From contig JBDRCC010000022.1 of the NCBI GenBank assembly GCA_043822065.1, positions 1 to 64,000 of the forward strand: DNA of 64,000 nucleotides. Reading direction: 5' to 3'. This stretch comes from an archaeon (GTDB lineage Archaea; Undinarchaeota; CAZHTU01; JBDRCC01). The position numbers were made by a program, and so were the translations under genes. The notes under the pieces are model-generated. The model saw only the letters and a list, made by a program, of their open reading frames with translations, was not told the DNA's origin and searched no databases. Shown here one piece after another: positions 8,036 through 16,962 of the stretch. Position 1 is the first letter of the stretch. The number at the start of each line of letters is the position of its first letter.

Positions 8036-8809
8036 ATGACAAAAATATGCACGAAGTGCGGCAAAAAAGTGGAGCACGTCCACCTGTGTTCGCACTGCAA
8101 GCAGGAGTTCTGCATCCCGCACTCGCGCCACTACAAAGGCCATTATTTCTGCGTCGACTGCATTAACAAGTACTACCGGGCGCCGACGAGAGTCAGGAAG
8201 CCAAGGGCCGCCCCCCTGCCGCAGAAGCAGGCAGGATTTGGGTTCGGGTTTGCGAAGCCGCCGGTCCAGCAGGGGCAGGCGCCTGCGCCGCCGCAAATTG
8301 ACGCGCGGAAGATGCTCGTCCCAATCATTGTCCTAATTGCAGTCATTGTTGCCGCCGGAGTCGGGACTATAAAGGCAGGGGGCCTGTCGAGGGGCGGCGC
8401 CATAGAAAACGAGAGCGCAACAGTTGTAGAAGAGATAGGGCGGCTCGACACCAACATGACAAACGTTTTTCCGCACATGGCGTTCTATCTGGAGGTCACG
8501 AACTATTCGCTGTCCTGCGCAGGGAACAAGGTCACGGAGATGGAATTCGAGCTTAGGGCTGGCGGGAGGGCGATTGACATAACCCGCGTGGAGCTTGGCA
8601 AGAAGGTCGTAAATGAGACCGACTGGTCGGCAGGCAAGGTTGAAAAGGACCATTACGGGTGGATAAACCTCAACGACGTCGAGAGGTACGCAAACATAAC
8701 CAAGGGCGCGGAGCCGGAGATTTCCGTTGTTTTTGAGGGAAAGGAAGGAGTCAACCAAAAGGTCGTGTTCATACCGAACATGGCCGTCAAGTGCGGCCAG
8801 GGAAGGTAG
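8036..8809 (+). CDS. AN1-like zinc-finger membrane protein
   Basis: N-terminal CxxC...CxxCxxxFCxxH...CxxC, a Pro-rich linker, one TM helix and a C-terminal domain. Confidence 0.65.
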   Translation: MTKICTKCGKKVEHVHLCSHCKQEFCIPHSRHYKGHYFCVDCINKYYRAPTRVRKPRAAPLPQKQAGFGFGFAKPPVQQGQAPAPPQIDARKMLVPIIVLIAVIVAAGVGTIKAGGLSRGGAIENESATVVEEIGRLDTNMTNVFPHMAFYLEVTNYSLSCAGNKVTEMEFELRAGGRAIDITRVELGKKVVNETDWSAGKVEKDHYGWINLNDVERYANITKGAEPEISVVFEGKEGVNQKVVFIPNMAVKCGQGR

Positions 8810-8837
8810 AATACTGGCACCCCGCTCTCAAGTTACG

Positions 8838-8923
8838 CTTATAAATATCACGTTCCAAAGGAAACTGTGGCGTGAAAGCCTTTATAAATGGGTTCCCACT
8901 AATGTAAAAGGCTATTTATAAAG
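8838..8923 (+). promoter_or_regulatory. Three TATA-like boxes upstream of tbp
   Basis: CTTATAAATA (about 8838), TTTATAAA (8881) and TTTATAAA (about 8916). Confidence 0.45.
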
Positions 8924-8939
8924 CGCAGGGGGTATCAAA

Positions 8940-9575
8940 TTGGTGACCAGACCGAAGGTTAAAGTTGAAAACGTAGTCGCATCGACTTCACTCGGAGTCG
9001 AGCTGGACTTAGAGGCAATTTCTGCGACGCTCGCGAACACTGAGTACGAGCCGGAGCAGTTCCCGGGCCTCATCTTAAGGCTTTTTGAAGAGGAAGTCGG
9101 GGTGAAGGCGGCGGTGCTGGTTTTCCGCTCAGGGAAAATGGTCTGCACAGGGACAAGGAGTCCGGAAGCCATAAAACAGGCGATTAAGGCGGCGATAAAG
9201 CTGCTCGAGACCGTTCCAAACACGAAGATTCCGAGGAAGTACGACATAACAGTCCAGAACATGGTCGCAAGTTCTGACCTTAAGTGCGAGCTCAACCTCG
9301 ACAAGATAGCATTCACCTTGGACAACGCTGAGTTCGAGCCGGAGCAGTTTCCAGGATTAGTCTACCGGATGTTCAGCCCGAAGGTTGTTTTCCTCCTGTT
9401 CAGGTCTGGAAGGATAATCTGCACTGGCGCAAAGAACATAGAGGATGTCCACACAGCGATAAAGAAGCTCCAAAAAGAGCTAAAAGAGATTGACGTGATG
9501 AATGTTAAGACTAATAGAAATAGTGAAAATAGTAAAAGTAGTAAGACTATCAAAAGTAGTAAGACTAGTAAGTAG
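8940..9575 (+). CDS. tbp: TATA-box binding protein
   Basis: Two repeats, ENVVAS...YEPEQFPGL...FRSGKMVCTG and QNMVAS...FEPEQFPGL...FRSGRIICTG. Confidence 0.97.
   Translation: MVTRPKVKVENVVASTSLGVELDLEAISATLANTEYEPEQFPGLILRLFEEEVGVKAAVLVFRSGKMVCTGTRSPEAIKQAIKAAIKLLETVPNTKIPRKYDITVQNMVASSDLKCELNLDKIAFTLDNAEFEPEQFPGLVYRMFSPKVVFLLFRSGRIICTGAKNIEDVHTAIKKLQKELKEIDVMNVKTNRNSENSKSSKTIKSSKTSK
9501..9575 (+). repeat. Degenerate 9-bp tandem repeat (8 units) encoding the TBP tail
   Basis: aatgttaag actaataga aatagtgaa aatagtaaa agtagtaag actatcaaa agtagtaag actagtaag, then the TAG stop. Confidence 0.75.
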
Positions 9576-9661
9576 CCATGGATAACGCAAAGTATTCTGC
9601 CAGCATAGAAAAAGAGAGCAGGGGTGTGCGGTAGAGGGGATGCGTCCCCTTCTGCAGGATT

Positions 9662-11683
9662 ATGGAACGCGAGGAAAGCCTCTCTGCCCGTTTTGAAGAA
9701 ATCTTCAAGAGGCAGCAGCTTAAAAAAAGGCTCCTAGAGGTCGCCAAGAGCTACCCCGAAAAGAAATCGTTTCTGATGCCGTATTCTGAGCTTGAGAAGT
9801 ACGACCCAGAGATAGCCGACAGGATACTTACCGAGCCTGACGAAGTCATTGAGGCGGCTGAAAAGGCGATTAAAGAGATGGAGCTCCACATAGACGAGGA
9901 CGAGTGGGGGATACACTTCAGGGTGTTTGACCTTCCAGAGGAGAGCTCGGTCTGGGTAAGGAACCTGCGGAGCGAACACATAGGCAAGCTCGTCGCCCTT
10001 GAGGGGATAGTCAGGACTGCGTCGGACGTGAGGCCGCAGGCGATTTCGATTGAGTTTGAGTGCCCTGCCTGCGGAAAGCGGGAGTGGGTGCAGCAGGACA
10101 CCGTACTGATATCTGAACCGTTTGCGTGCAAGGAGTGCAGCAGGAAAGGGAAGTTCAGGCAATCCGGAAAGAAGCTCATAGATGCGACGACCGTCCGCAT
10201 CCAGGAGCCCCCGGATGCGATACTCGGCTCGGAGCAGCCGTCTGTAATAAACGTGGACCTGAAGGACGACCTTATCGCGCCGAGCGAGAAGAAAAAGGTC
10301 CTGCCGGGAAATACGATACAGGTGACTGGCATACTGCGCGAATTCTCAGCAAAGCCGACTTCGACCAGGTATGACATATATCTCGAGGCAATGCACGTCG
10401 AGGCGAAGGATCAGGAGTATTCCGAGATAGAGCTCACGAAACAGGATATAGATAGGATAAAGGAACTTGCAACTGACGTTGACATCTACAACAAGCTGAT
10501 TGACTCCATAGCGCCGTCTATTTACGGCTACCGCGAGGTCAAGGAAGCCATACTATTGCAGCTGTTCGGCGGAGTCCAGAAGAAGCAGCCGGACGGGACG
10601 AGAATAAGGGGCGACATACATATCCTGCTTGTCGGAGACCCTGGCGTAGGAAAATCGCAGATGATGAGGTACGTTGCCGACCTTGCGCCGAAAGGAAGGT
10701 ATGTATCCGGAAAGGGCGCGTCTGCAGCTGGGCTTACCGCGACCGCGGTCCGTGATGAGCAGACCGGCGGCTGGATGCTTGAGGCAGGCGCACTTGTACT
10801 TGCGAACAATGGCTCGGTCTGCATAGACGAGTTCGAAAAAATGGGTAAAGAGGATAGGGGGGCTATTCACGAGGCGCTCGAACAGCAGAGGGTCAGCATA
10901 GCCAAGGCAGGGATAGTAACAACGCTCAGCGCGAAGACATCGGTCCTAGCGGCGGCGAACCCGAAGTACGGCAGGTTCGACCCGTACCGGTCCATAGCCG
11001 AGCAAATTGACCTTGACATTGCCCTGCTATCTAGGTTCGACCTGAAGTTCCCGATAATGGACAAGCCGTCAAAAGAGACAGACACGGCGCTTGCGGAGCA
11101 CATCCTCAGGTCATACACCGACCCCAAGAGCATAATGCCGACATTTGAGCCTGTGTTCCTAAGGAAATTCATAGCTTATGCAAAGAAGAGCTCCCATCCA
11201 ATGCTCACGAAAGAAGCAAAGAGGCTGCTGAAGGACTTTTATGTAGAGTGGAGGACAAGATACGCAGATGACGACGGCACGGTATCGCTTACCCCAAGGC
11301 AGCTTGAGGCGCTTTCAAGGATGAGCGAGGCGTCTGCGAGGATAAGGCTCGATGACAAGGTGCTGGCAGAGGACGTCCAGCGCGCGACAAGGCTCCTGGA
11401 GAGCTCGCTCAAGCAGCTTGGCACAGACCTCGAGACAGGCAAGATAGACATAGACCGGATTGAGACGGGAATATCCTCAGCCCAGCGGAGCAAGATACAC
11501 GTCGTCTTTGACATCCTAAAGGAGCTCGAGGAAAAGCTTGGCAAGAGGATACCCCTTGACGAGATAACGAAGGAAGCCAAGGACAGGGGGATAAACCAGA
11601 GTGAAATGGAAGGCCTCATCTCCAAGCTCAAGGAGAAAGGCGACCTATTTGAGCCGCAGCCAGGATTTGTCCAGAGGGCGTAG
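9662..11683 (+). CDS. mcm: Replicative helicase MCM
   Basis: Zn finger CPAC/CKEC, GDPGVGKS, IDEFEKM, AAANP, SRFD, C-terminal WH. No intein. Confidence 0.97.
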   Translation: MEREESLSARFEEIFKRQQLKKRLLEVAKSYPEKKSFLMPYSELEKYDPEIADRILTEPDEVIEAAEKAIKEMELHIDEDEWGIHFRVFDLPEESSVWVRNLRSEHIGKLVALEGIVRTASDVRPQAISIEFECPACGKREWVQQDTVLISEPFACKECSRKGKFRQSGKKLIDATTVRIQEPPDAILGSEQPSVINVDLKDDLIAPSEKKKVLPGNTIQVTGILREFSAKPTSTRYDIYLEAMHVEAKDQEYSEIELTKQDIDRIKELATDVDIYNKLIDSIAPSIYGYREVKEAILLQLFGGVQKKQPDGTRIRGDIHILLVGDPGVGKSQMMRYVADLAPKGRYVSGKGASAAGLTATAVRDEQTGGWMLEAGALVLANNGSVCIDEFEKMGKEDRGAIHEALEQQRVSIAKAGIVTTLSAKTSVLAAANPKYGRFDPYRSIAEQIDLDIALLSRFDLKFPIMDKPSKETDTALAEHILRSYTDPKSIMPTFEPVFLRKFIAYAKKSSHPMLTKEAKRLLKDFYVEWRTRYADDDGTVSLTPRQLEALSRMSEASARIRLDDKVLAEDVQRATRLLESSLKQLGTDLETGKIDIDRIETGISSAQRSKIHVVFDILKELEEKLGKRIPLDEITKEAKDRGINQSEMEGLISKLKEKGDLFEPQPGFVQRA

Positions 11684-11688
11684 AGTCT

Positions 11689-11760
11689 GCGAGCGGAGCG
11701 AGCCCCGTAATAGTTTTTCTTTGGATACCATACCCTTTATTTTTTCTAAAAAGAAAGGGT
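11689..11760. repeat. REP-like intergenic element with hairpin
   Basis: GCGAGCGGAGCGAGC (11689-11703) and the inverted repeat ACCCTTT...AAAGGGT (11732-11760). Confidence 0.4.
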
Positions 11761-11812
11761 CGGCAGAGGGCTTAAGTAAAGATTTATTAAGGCTGGGGCA
11801 ATTAGCTTAGCT

Positions 11813-12649
11813 ATGTCAGTCGAGACGCCGATAACGCTACTAAAGAACAGCTGTGTCCCCATCGACAATGGGATTCTCCTGTGGATATTCGATGCCTATG
11901 ACTGGGTAGTTAACATCCAGGCGAATGTCTGCAAAGGGTGGATATCCTTCCTATGCGGTGCGCTGTGGATAATACTTTTTGTTATAATCCTCTTCTTTAT
12001 AGGCACGATACTAAACGTCGCAGGCGGCATGATAGGAATGGTTACGGATAGGATTTTCAAGCCTGACACACACATAATGGACTTCTTTAGCAACCTGTGG
12101 GCGCCGATGAAGGGCATAATGGATAGTCTCCCTGGGATGCAGGGATTTTTAGCAGGCTTTGGTGAACCGACTGCACCGACGAAGATAAGCACTGCAATCT
12201 GCGGAGGATGCTTTGGCCTGCTGGCGCTGATGGCGTATTGGCCGAACAAGTTTGGCTGGGGGCTTATAACGCCGGCGGCGTTCGGGCTTATGTTCTGCAT
12301 AGGGACGACGCTGATACCTTGGTTTGGCATCATGCGGATATTCTCGGGATTAGGCGGGGGCATATTGGGCATGGTCCTAGTAGTTTCCGGGAACTGGGGG
12401 GCGGCAATGCTTGCGGTCATTGCAGCGATGCTGCTAATACGCGTCATACTGCCGACTGAAGTAGGGCTTATAGCCGGCGGGGTAAGCGCGGTGTTTTTCT
12501 TCGCACTTAGCATCCTTTGCGTTTTCATTGCGATTCTTCCCATAGCCCCTGCGCTCCTTGACACGTTTATTGGGGAGTGGATAATGACGCTCCTGCGGCT
12601 TGGGCTCAGAATGGGGTGCGGGGCGCAGAGCCTGGCATACTTTGGATGA
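11813..12649 (+). CDS. Multi-pass membrane protein of unknown function
   Basis: Several hydrophobic Gly-rich helices; stop overlaps the next start. Confidence 0.7.
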   Translation: MSVETPITLLKNSCVPIDNGILLWIFDAYDWVVNIQANVCKGWISFLCGALWIILFVIILFFIGTILNVAGGMIGMVTDRIFKPDTHIMDFFSNLWAPMKGIMDSLPGMQGFLAGFGEPTAPTKISTAICGGCFGLLALMAYWPNKFGWGLITPAAFGLMFCIGTTLIPWFGIMRIFSGLGGGILGMVLVVSGNWGAAMLAVIAAMLLIRVILPTEVGLIAGGVSAVFFFALSILCVFIAILPIAPALLDTFIGEWIMTLLRLGLRMGCGAQSLAYFG

Positions 12650-13191
12650 TGGAATTTTTGTCGGCATTTGGCGCGTTGGTCTGCCATCAGCTGCCTGAAC
12701 GGTCGCTGTTTTTTGCAGGGCAGCAGGTATTCGTATGTGCTAGGGACGTTGGGATATACCTTGGAGTTCTTGCTGGATTTGCGCTGTTTTATGCCCTCAA
12801 GGAGCGCGGAAGCGAACTCAACCTGAGGCACCTGGTGCTTCTGATGCTGCCCGTTGCAGTCGACGGGCTGACGCAGCTTGCTGGCTGGGAGAGCACGAAC
12901 GGGCTCAGGCTCTTTACAGGAGGGCTTTTTGGCGTCGCAATGAGCTGCATGATGGTTTTCCTATACGACAGGATGTTTGAAACAGGCACATGCGAGACGC
13001 CCAGCGACAGGGCGGTGCTGGGAGCAGCCGGGATTGGCGGCTTGATGGTGGGTGTGGCTTACCTCCCGCAGAACGTTTATTCGTTTTGGCTTGTAAGCAT
13101 CGGAACGTTTATTAGTATTGTACTGGTAATTACTGGACTCGCCTTTTTTATAGGGCTTGTGCTTTACAGGAAGATAAGATGGAATCGCTAA
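12646..13191 (+). CDS. DUF2085-family membrane protein
   Basis: CHQLPERS...VCARDVGIY...DGLTQ...ESTN.LR..TG motifs. Start moved to ATG 12646. Confidence 0.85.
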   Translation: MMEFLSAFGALVCHQLPERSLFFAGQQVFVCARDVGIYLGVLAGFALFYALKERGSELNLRHLVLLMLPVAVDGLTQLAGWESTNGLRLFTGGLFGVAMSCMMVFLYDRMFETGTCETPSDRAVLGAAGIGGLMVGVAYLPQNVYSFWLVSIGTFISIVLVITGLAFFIGLVLYRKIRWNR

Positions 13192-14015
13192 AGCCGCTGG
13201 CAACTGAAATCGGGATGTTCCTCACGACTGAGATGATTGCAGTCTATGTAGGGCTCGCCATGATTTCTGCGGGGATACGGGAGGAGTACATAATAGAGAG
13301 CACGGGGGAGGGCATCGGTGTTTTCGGGCTTGGGATGCTATTTGCCACGCTGCTGATACTGTTTATAATAAAGTACCTGAACCGCAAGATAGTCTTCCAG
13401 ATGCTCTTCGCCTGGCTGATATTCGTGGGCTCGCTTTTCGTGTTCGGGTCAGTGCTCATATTCCCTCTCGCCGCACTGCTTGCCGGGCTCGTAGTCGCAG
13501 CCAGGTTTCTCATGCCGAGGGTCTGGGTGCAGAATGTTGCGATGATACTGTCGATAGCAGGCATATCGCCGCAGCTTGCGATGTATTTCGGGACACCAAC
13601 CATAATCGCCATACTTCTCCTTGCTTCGGCGTACGACTATTATGCCGTTTTCAAGACGAAACACATGATAAAAATGTTCGAGAGCCTCATGAAGCACGAG
13701 ACGCCGTTCACGTTTGTAATCCCTGCCAAGGGCAGCATGAGTGGGGAAGTCAACGGCAAGTTGCACAAGAAGAAAAAGAAGGGGCAAAGGGAGTACTACC
13801 TTTTGGGAACGGGGGACATTGCGTTCCCGACGATTTTTGTAGTTGCGCTCCTTGCTGACTACTCGCCGCTCTCTGCGGCATTCGCATTTGCGGGAGCTAT
13901 TGTGGGGATGATAGTGGACCACCTCATCCTGATGAAAATGAAAACGGCAATACCTGCCCTGCCTGCGATAGCCGTCTGCAGCATAGCTGCATTTTTGCTT
14001 TCCCTGGTGGTGTGA
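13179..14015 (+). CDS. Presenilin / signal peptide peptidase family intramembrane aspartyl protease
   Basis: YDYYAVFKT, LGTGD, PALP motifs. Confidence 0.92.
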   Translation: MESLKPLATEIGMFLTTEMIAVYVGLAMISAGIREEYIIESTGEGIGVFGLGMLFATLLILFIIKYLNRKIVFQMLFAWLIFVGSLFVFGSVLIFPLAALLAGLVVAARFLMPRVWVQNVAMILSIAGISPQLAMYFGTPTIIAILLLASAYDYYAVFKTKHMIKMFESLMKHETPFTFVIPAKGSMSGEVNGKLHKKKKKGQREYYLLGTGDIAFPTIFVVALLADYSPLSAAFAFAGAIVGMIVDHLILMKMKTAIPALPAIAVCSIAAFLLSLVV

Positions 14016-15550
14016 ATTTGAGGTTTGAGCTTTCTGAAAGCGAAATTCCGAAATTTAGGCAGCCGCTGTCCAAGGTAATGACTTACGAGGAGGCAGAGCG
14101 ACAGCTTAAGGCGGACCTTGTCGTTGCAGTCGGGGACAGGGTAAGCTGGCAGTTTTCACAGTCCAAGAAAAGGCGGCCGGACGTGTTTATTGTGGACGGC
14201 GTGGAGCAGAGAAAAAAAGTACGGCTGAATTTCAGGACGCGGAAGAAGATACGGGCACGGAACGCCCCTGCGACCGTAAGCGAAGAGCTCTGGGAGGCAG
14301 TTAAGGCGTCCCTCAAGGAAAAAGATGTCAAGATTGTCGTAAGGGGGGAAGAGGACCTGGCAGTGATGCCAGTGGTGATGCTCGCACCAGAGGGGGCGCA
14401 AGTCGTTTATGGGCAGCCAAAAGAGGGCGTTGTGCTTCTGACGGTAACGGAGGAGCTGAAGGAGCGTGTCGCCAGCCTCTTCATTGATTACTACATCAAG
14501 CGCGGAAAGGAGTTTTTTGAACGCATACAAAAAAAGGACAAAGTCTTTGTAGTGCACCACACAGACGCCGACGGATGCACTTCCGGCGCCCTCGTCCTGA
14601 AGAAGCTGGAGGAGATTGGCGTGACCAAGGTGGAAGCGGCATCTCCGCAGAACAGCCCGGTCATTGAGAAAGGCATACGGGACAGGATAAAGGAGTTCGC
14701 GCCGGACGCCCGGATTGTGGTTGACATGGGAAATGAGAACACGAAATACCTGAGAAAATTGTCAAGGCGGATAAAGGTCTGCGTCATAGACCACCACAAG
14801 CTTTTCAGCCCTGATTTCGGAAGGACAGTCCTTGTGAACCCGCACCTTGCAAAGGCGCCGCTTTCCATGAACCCATCGGCAGCATATTTTGTGCAGAAGT
14901 GCACGCAGGGGCCTGCGTGGCTTTCTGTTGTAGGCAGCATAGGGGACAAGGGGCTTGGCAAGATACGGGACATGGAACGGCAGGTAAGGGAGGCTGACAA
15001 CATAACCATCTCCGAGCTTGAGGAGTGCGGCATACTAGTGAACTCGGCTGAAGCTTACGAGAACGGCGGGGCGCAGATTGCGCTCAAGGCGCTTCTTGAG
15101 TGCAAAAAGCCAAAGGACCTCCTTTACGGCTATAGGGAGAACACGGTCAAGCTCAGAAAGATGAAAGAAATGGTCCATGGATGCGTCCTGGACATAATAA
15201 AGAACCACAAAAAGAGCGCGAAGTTCTATAACGACGTGAAGCTGGTGGCCCTGGAAGTCGGGACACAGTACAGCATAAAGTCGAATGTCGCAGACTTCCT
15301 GCAGGACAAGCACCCGAAGTGGGTTGTTATGATATACCGGAAGGAAAACGGAAGGGTCAACCTCAGCGTCAGGACGCACACCAAGGTCGACCTTGCAAGC
15401 GCGCTTAAGGTTGCGCTTAAGGGGATAGGCAAGGGCGGCGGGCATGCACCGGCTGCCGGCGGCATGGTAAAGGCAAAGGACTTTGACAAGTTTATGGAGC
15501 GGTTCAAGGCGGAAGTGGGCAGGCGCCAGAAATTACTTATAAGGGGTTGA
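14012..15550 (+). CDS. Fusion of DUF359 (GTP-dependent dephospho-CoA kinase) and a DHH/DHHA1 phosphoesterase
   Basis: N-terminal VGDRVS, VDG, GEEDLA, YGQP..G; C-terminal HHTDADG, VVDMG, IDHH, GGGHAPAAG. Confidence 0.85.
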   Translation: MNLRFELSESEIPKFRQPLSKVMTYEEAERQLKADLVVAVGDRVSWQFSQSKKRRPDVFIVDGVEQRKKVRLNFRTRKKIRARNAPATVSEELWEAVKASLKEKDVKIVVRGEEDLAVMPVVMLAPEGAQVVYGQPKEGVVLLTVTEELKERVASLFIDYYIKRGKEFFERIQKKDKVFVVHHTDADGCTSGALVLKKLEEIGVTKVEAASPQNSPVIEKGIRDRIKEFAPDARIVVDMGNENTKYLRKLSRRIKVCVIDHHKLFSPDFGRTVLVNPHLAKAPLSMNPSAAYFVQKCTQGPAWLSVVGSIGDKGLGKIRDMERQVREADNITISELEECGILVNSAEAYENGGAQIALKALLECKKPKDLLYGYRENTVKLRKMKEMVHGCVLDIIKNHKKSAKFYNDVKLVALEVGTQYSIKSNVADFLQDKHPKWVVMIYRKENGRVNLSVRTHTKVDLASALKVALKGIGKGGGHAPAAGGMVKAKDFDKFMERFKAEVGRRQKLLIRG

Positions 15551-15565
15551 CTTTCCCTTACGCCG

Positions 15566-16273
15566 ATGAGGGTAAAGCTTATTTCGCACACGCCAAATCC
15601 GGACATAGTATGTGCGGCGGCGGCTTACACAACGATAAAGGACAAGCCCCCAAGCGAGCTTTTCAAGGAGCTCATGAAGGACAAAAAAAGGGCTGAAAAA
15701 GTCCTCAGGAACGTCGTCGGGTACGGGCACCACTCAGTCATAGAGCACGCCTATTTCACGTTCAGCATCGAGGGCATCTCGAGGAGCTGCTCCCACCAGC
15801 TCGTGCGCCACAGGATGGCATCGTATTCCCAGCAGAGCCAGAGGTATGTCAAATTCGAGGAGATGAATTACGTCACGCCGAAGACCGTAAAGGGCGCGGT
15901 CAAGGCGAAATACGACAAAAAGATGGGAGAGATTGCTGACTTCTACCGCGAGATGCTTGACGCAGGGATACCTGCAGAGGACGCAAGGTTCGTATTTCCA
16001 AACGCAGCGCACACGAACATAGTCGTGACAATGAATGCAAGGTCGCTAATGAACTTCTTTGGCATAAGGTGCTGCTACAACGCGCAGTGGGAGATAAAGG
16101 GGCTCGCTGACAAAATGCTGGTTGAGGCCAGGAAGGTTGCCCCGGTAATATTCGAGAAAGCCGGGCCGCGCTGCCTGCATTACGGCTACTGCCCCGAAGG
16201 GGCAAGGACTTGCGGCAGGATTACCGAGGTGAGGGGAGAATATGAAAGAGGCGCTAAGGGAAAAGGTAAGTGA
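15566..16273 (+). CDS. thyX: Flavin-dependent thymidylate synthase
   Basis: GHHSVIEH, RHRMASYSQQSQRY, EDAR, AQWEI. Confidence 0.96.
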   Translation: MRVKLISHTPNPDIVCAAAAYTTIKDKPPSELFKELMKDKKRAEKVLRNVVGYGHHSVIEHAYFTFSIEGISRSCSHQLVRHRMASYSQQSQRYVKFEEMNYVTPKTVKGAVKAKYDKKMGEIADFYREMLDAGIPAEDARFVFPNAAHTNIVVTMNARSLMNFFGIRCCYNAQWEIKGLADKMLVEARKVAPVIFEKAGPRCLHYGYCPEGARTCGRITEVRGEYERGAKGKGK

Positions 16274-16793
16274 AAGCAACAGGGGCGCCAGTGACCTTGT
16301 AATGAAGAGCCTCAAGATTGCTGAGGCGGTAATGTGCCTTCCAGAGTACGAGGAGGCAGACATGATACTGTTTTATGTATCGCAGGGCGACGAGGTAAGG
16401 ACGCACGGGCTGATTAAGGACTCGCTTTATATCGGCAAGGGGGTCGCCGTGCCAGTAAGCAACACCCAGACTGGCGAAATCGAGGTTTATGAGATAAAGG
16501 ACTTCTCCGAGCTTGTCCCAGGCGCCTACGGCATCCTTGAACCGGCGCCAAAGTTCAGGAGGCATATAGATAGCGCAGAGATAGACCTTGTAGTAGTCCC
16601 GGGCGTTGCCTTCGACGAAAACGGGAACCGGCTGGGGCGCGGCAAGGGCTATTACGACAAGTTCCTTGCAAAGCTCCCAAAGACGGTGCCAAGAATCGCC
16701 CTCGCTTACGAACACCAGATTGTGGGCGAGGTGCCTGCGGAAGGGCACGACGCCAAGGTGGACAAGATTATCACGGAAACGCGGGTTATTTAG
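16242..16793 (+). CDS. 5-formyltetrahydrofolate cyclo-ligase
   Basis: GILEP, VVPGVAFD..GNRLGRGKGYYD. Confidence 0.93.
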   Translation: MKEALREKVSESNRGASDLVMKSLKIAEAVMCLPEYEEADMILFYVSQGDEVRTHGLIKDSLYIGKGVAVPVSNTQTGEIEVYEIKDFSELVPGAYGILEPAPKFRRHIDSAEIDLVVVPGVAFDENGNRLGRGKGYYDKFLAKLPKTVPRIALAYEHQIVGEVPAEGHDAKVDKIITETRVI

Positions 16794-16962
16794 GCGCCTT
16801 TTGCGTTTTTGCCTGGTTCGGGCATTTATCTGTTGCCTACCCAGGTCAATGGAGTACTTGACTCGTTGCAGAGGGAGTGGTTTTGCGTGAAAGAGTGAGT
16901 GAGGCATCCGATAATAGAAAAAATCATTTAAAGAGGTAACATATTAGTATCCGCAAGGGGTT

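Noticed and set aside
9578-9634. 18-codon uORF before mcm
   Set aside because: It has no amino-acid bias or regulatory logic and overlaps a REP-like element.
16849-16890. Short ORF MEYLTRCRGSGFA upstream of glyA as a Gly/Ser leader peptide
   Set aside because: There is no run of Gly/Ser codons, and it lies upstream of the likely glyA TATA box.
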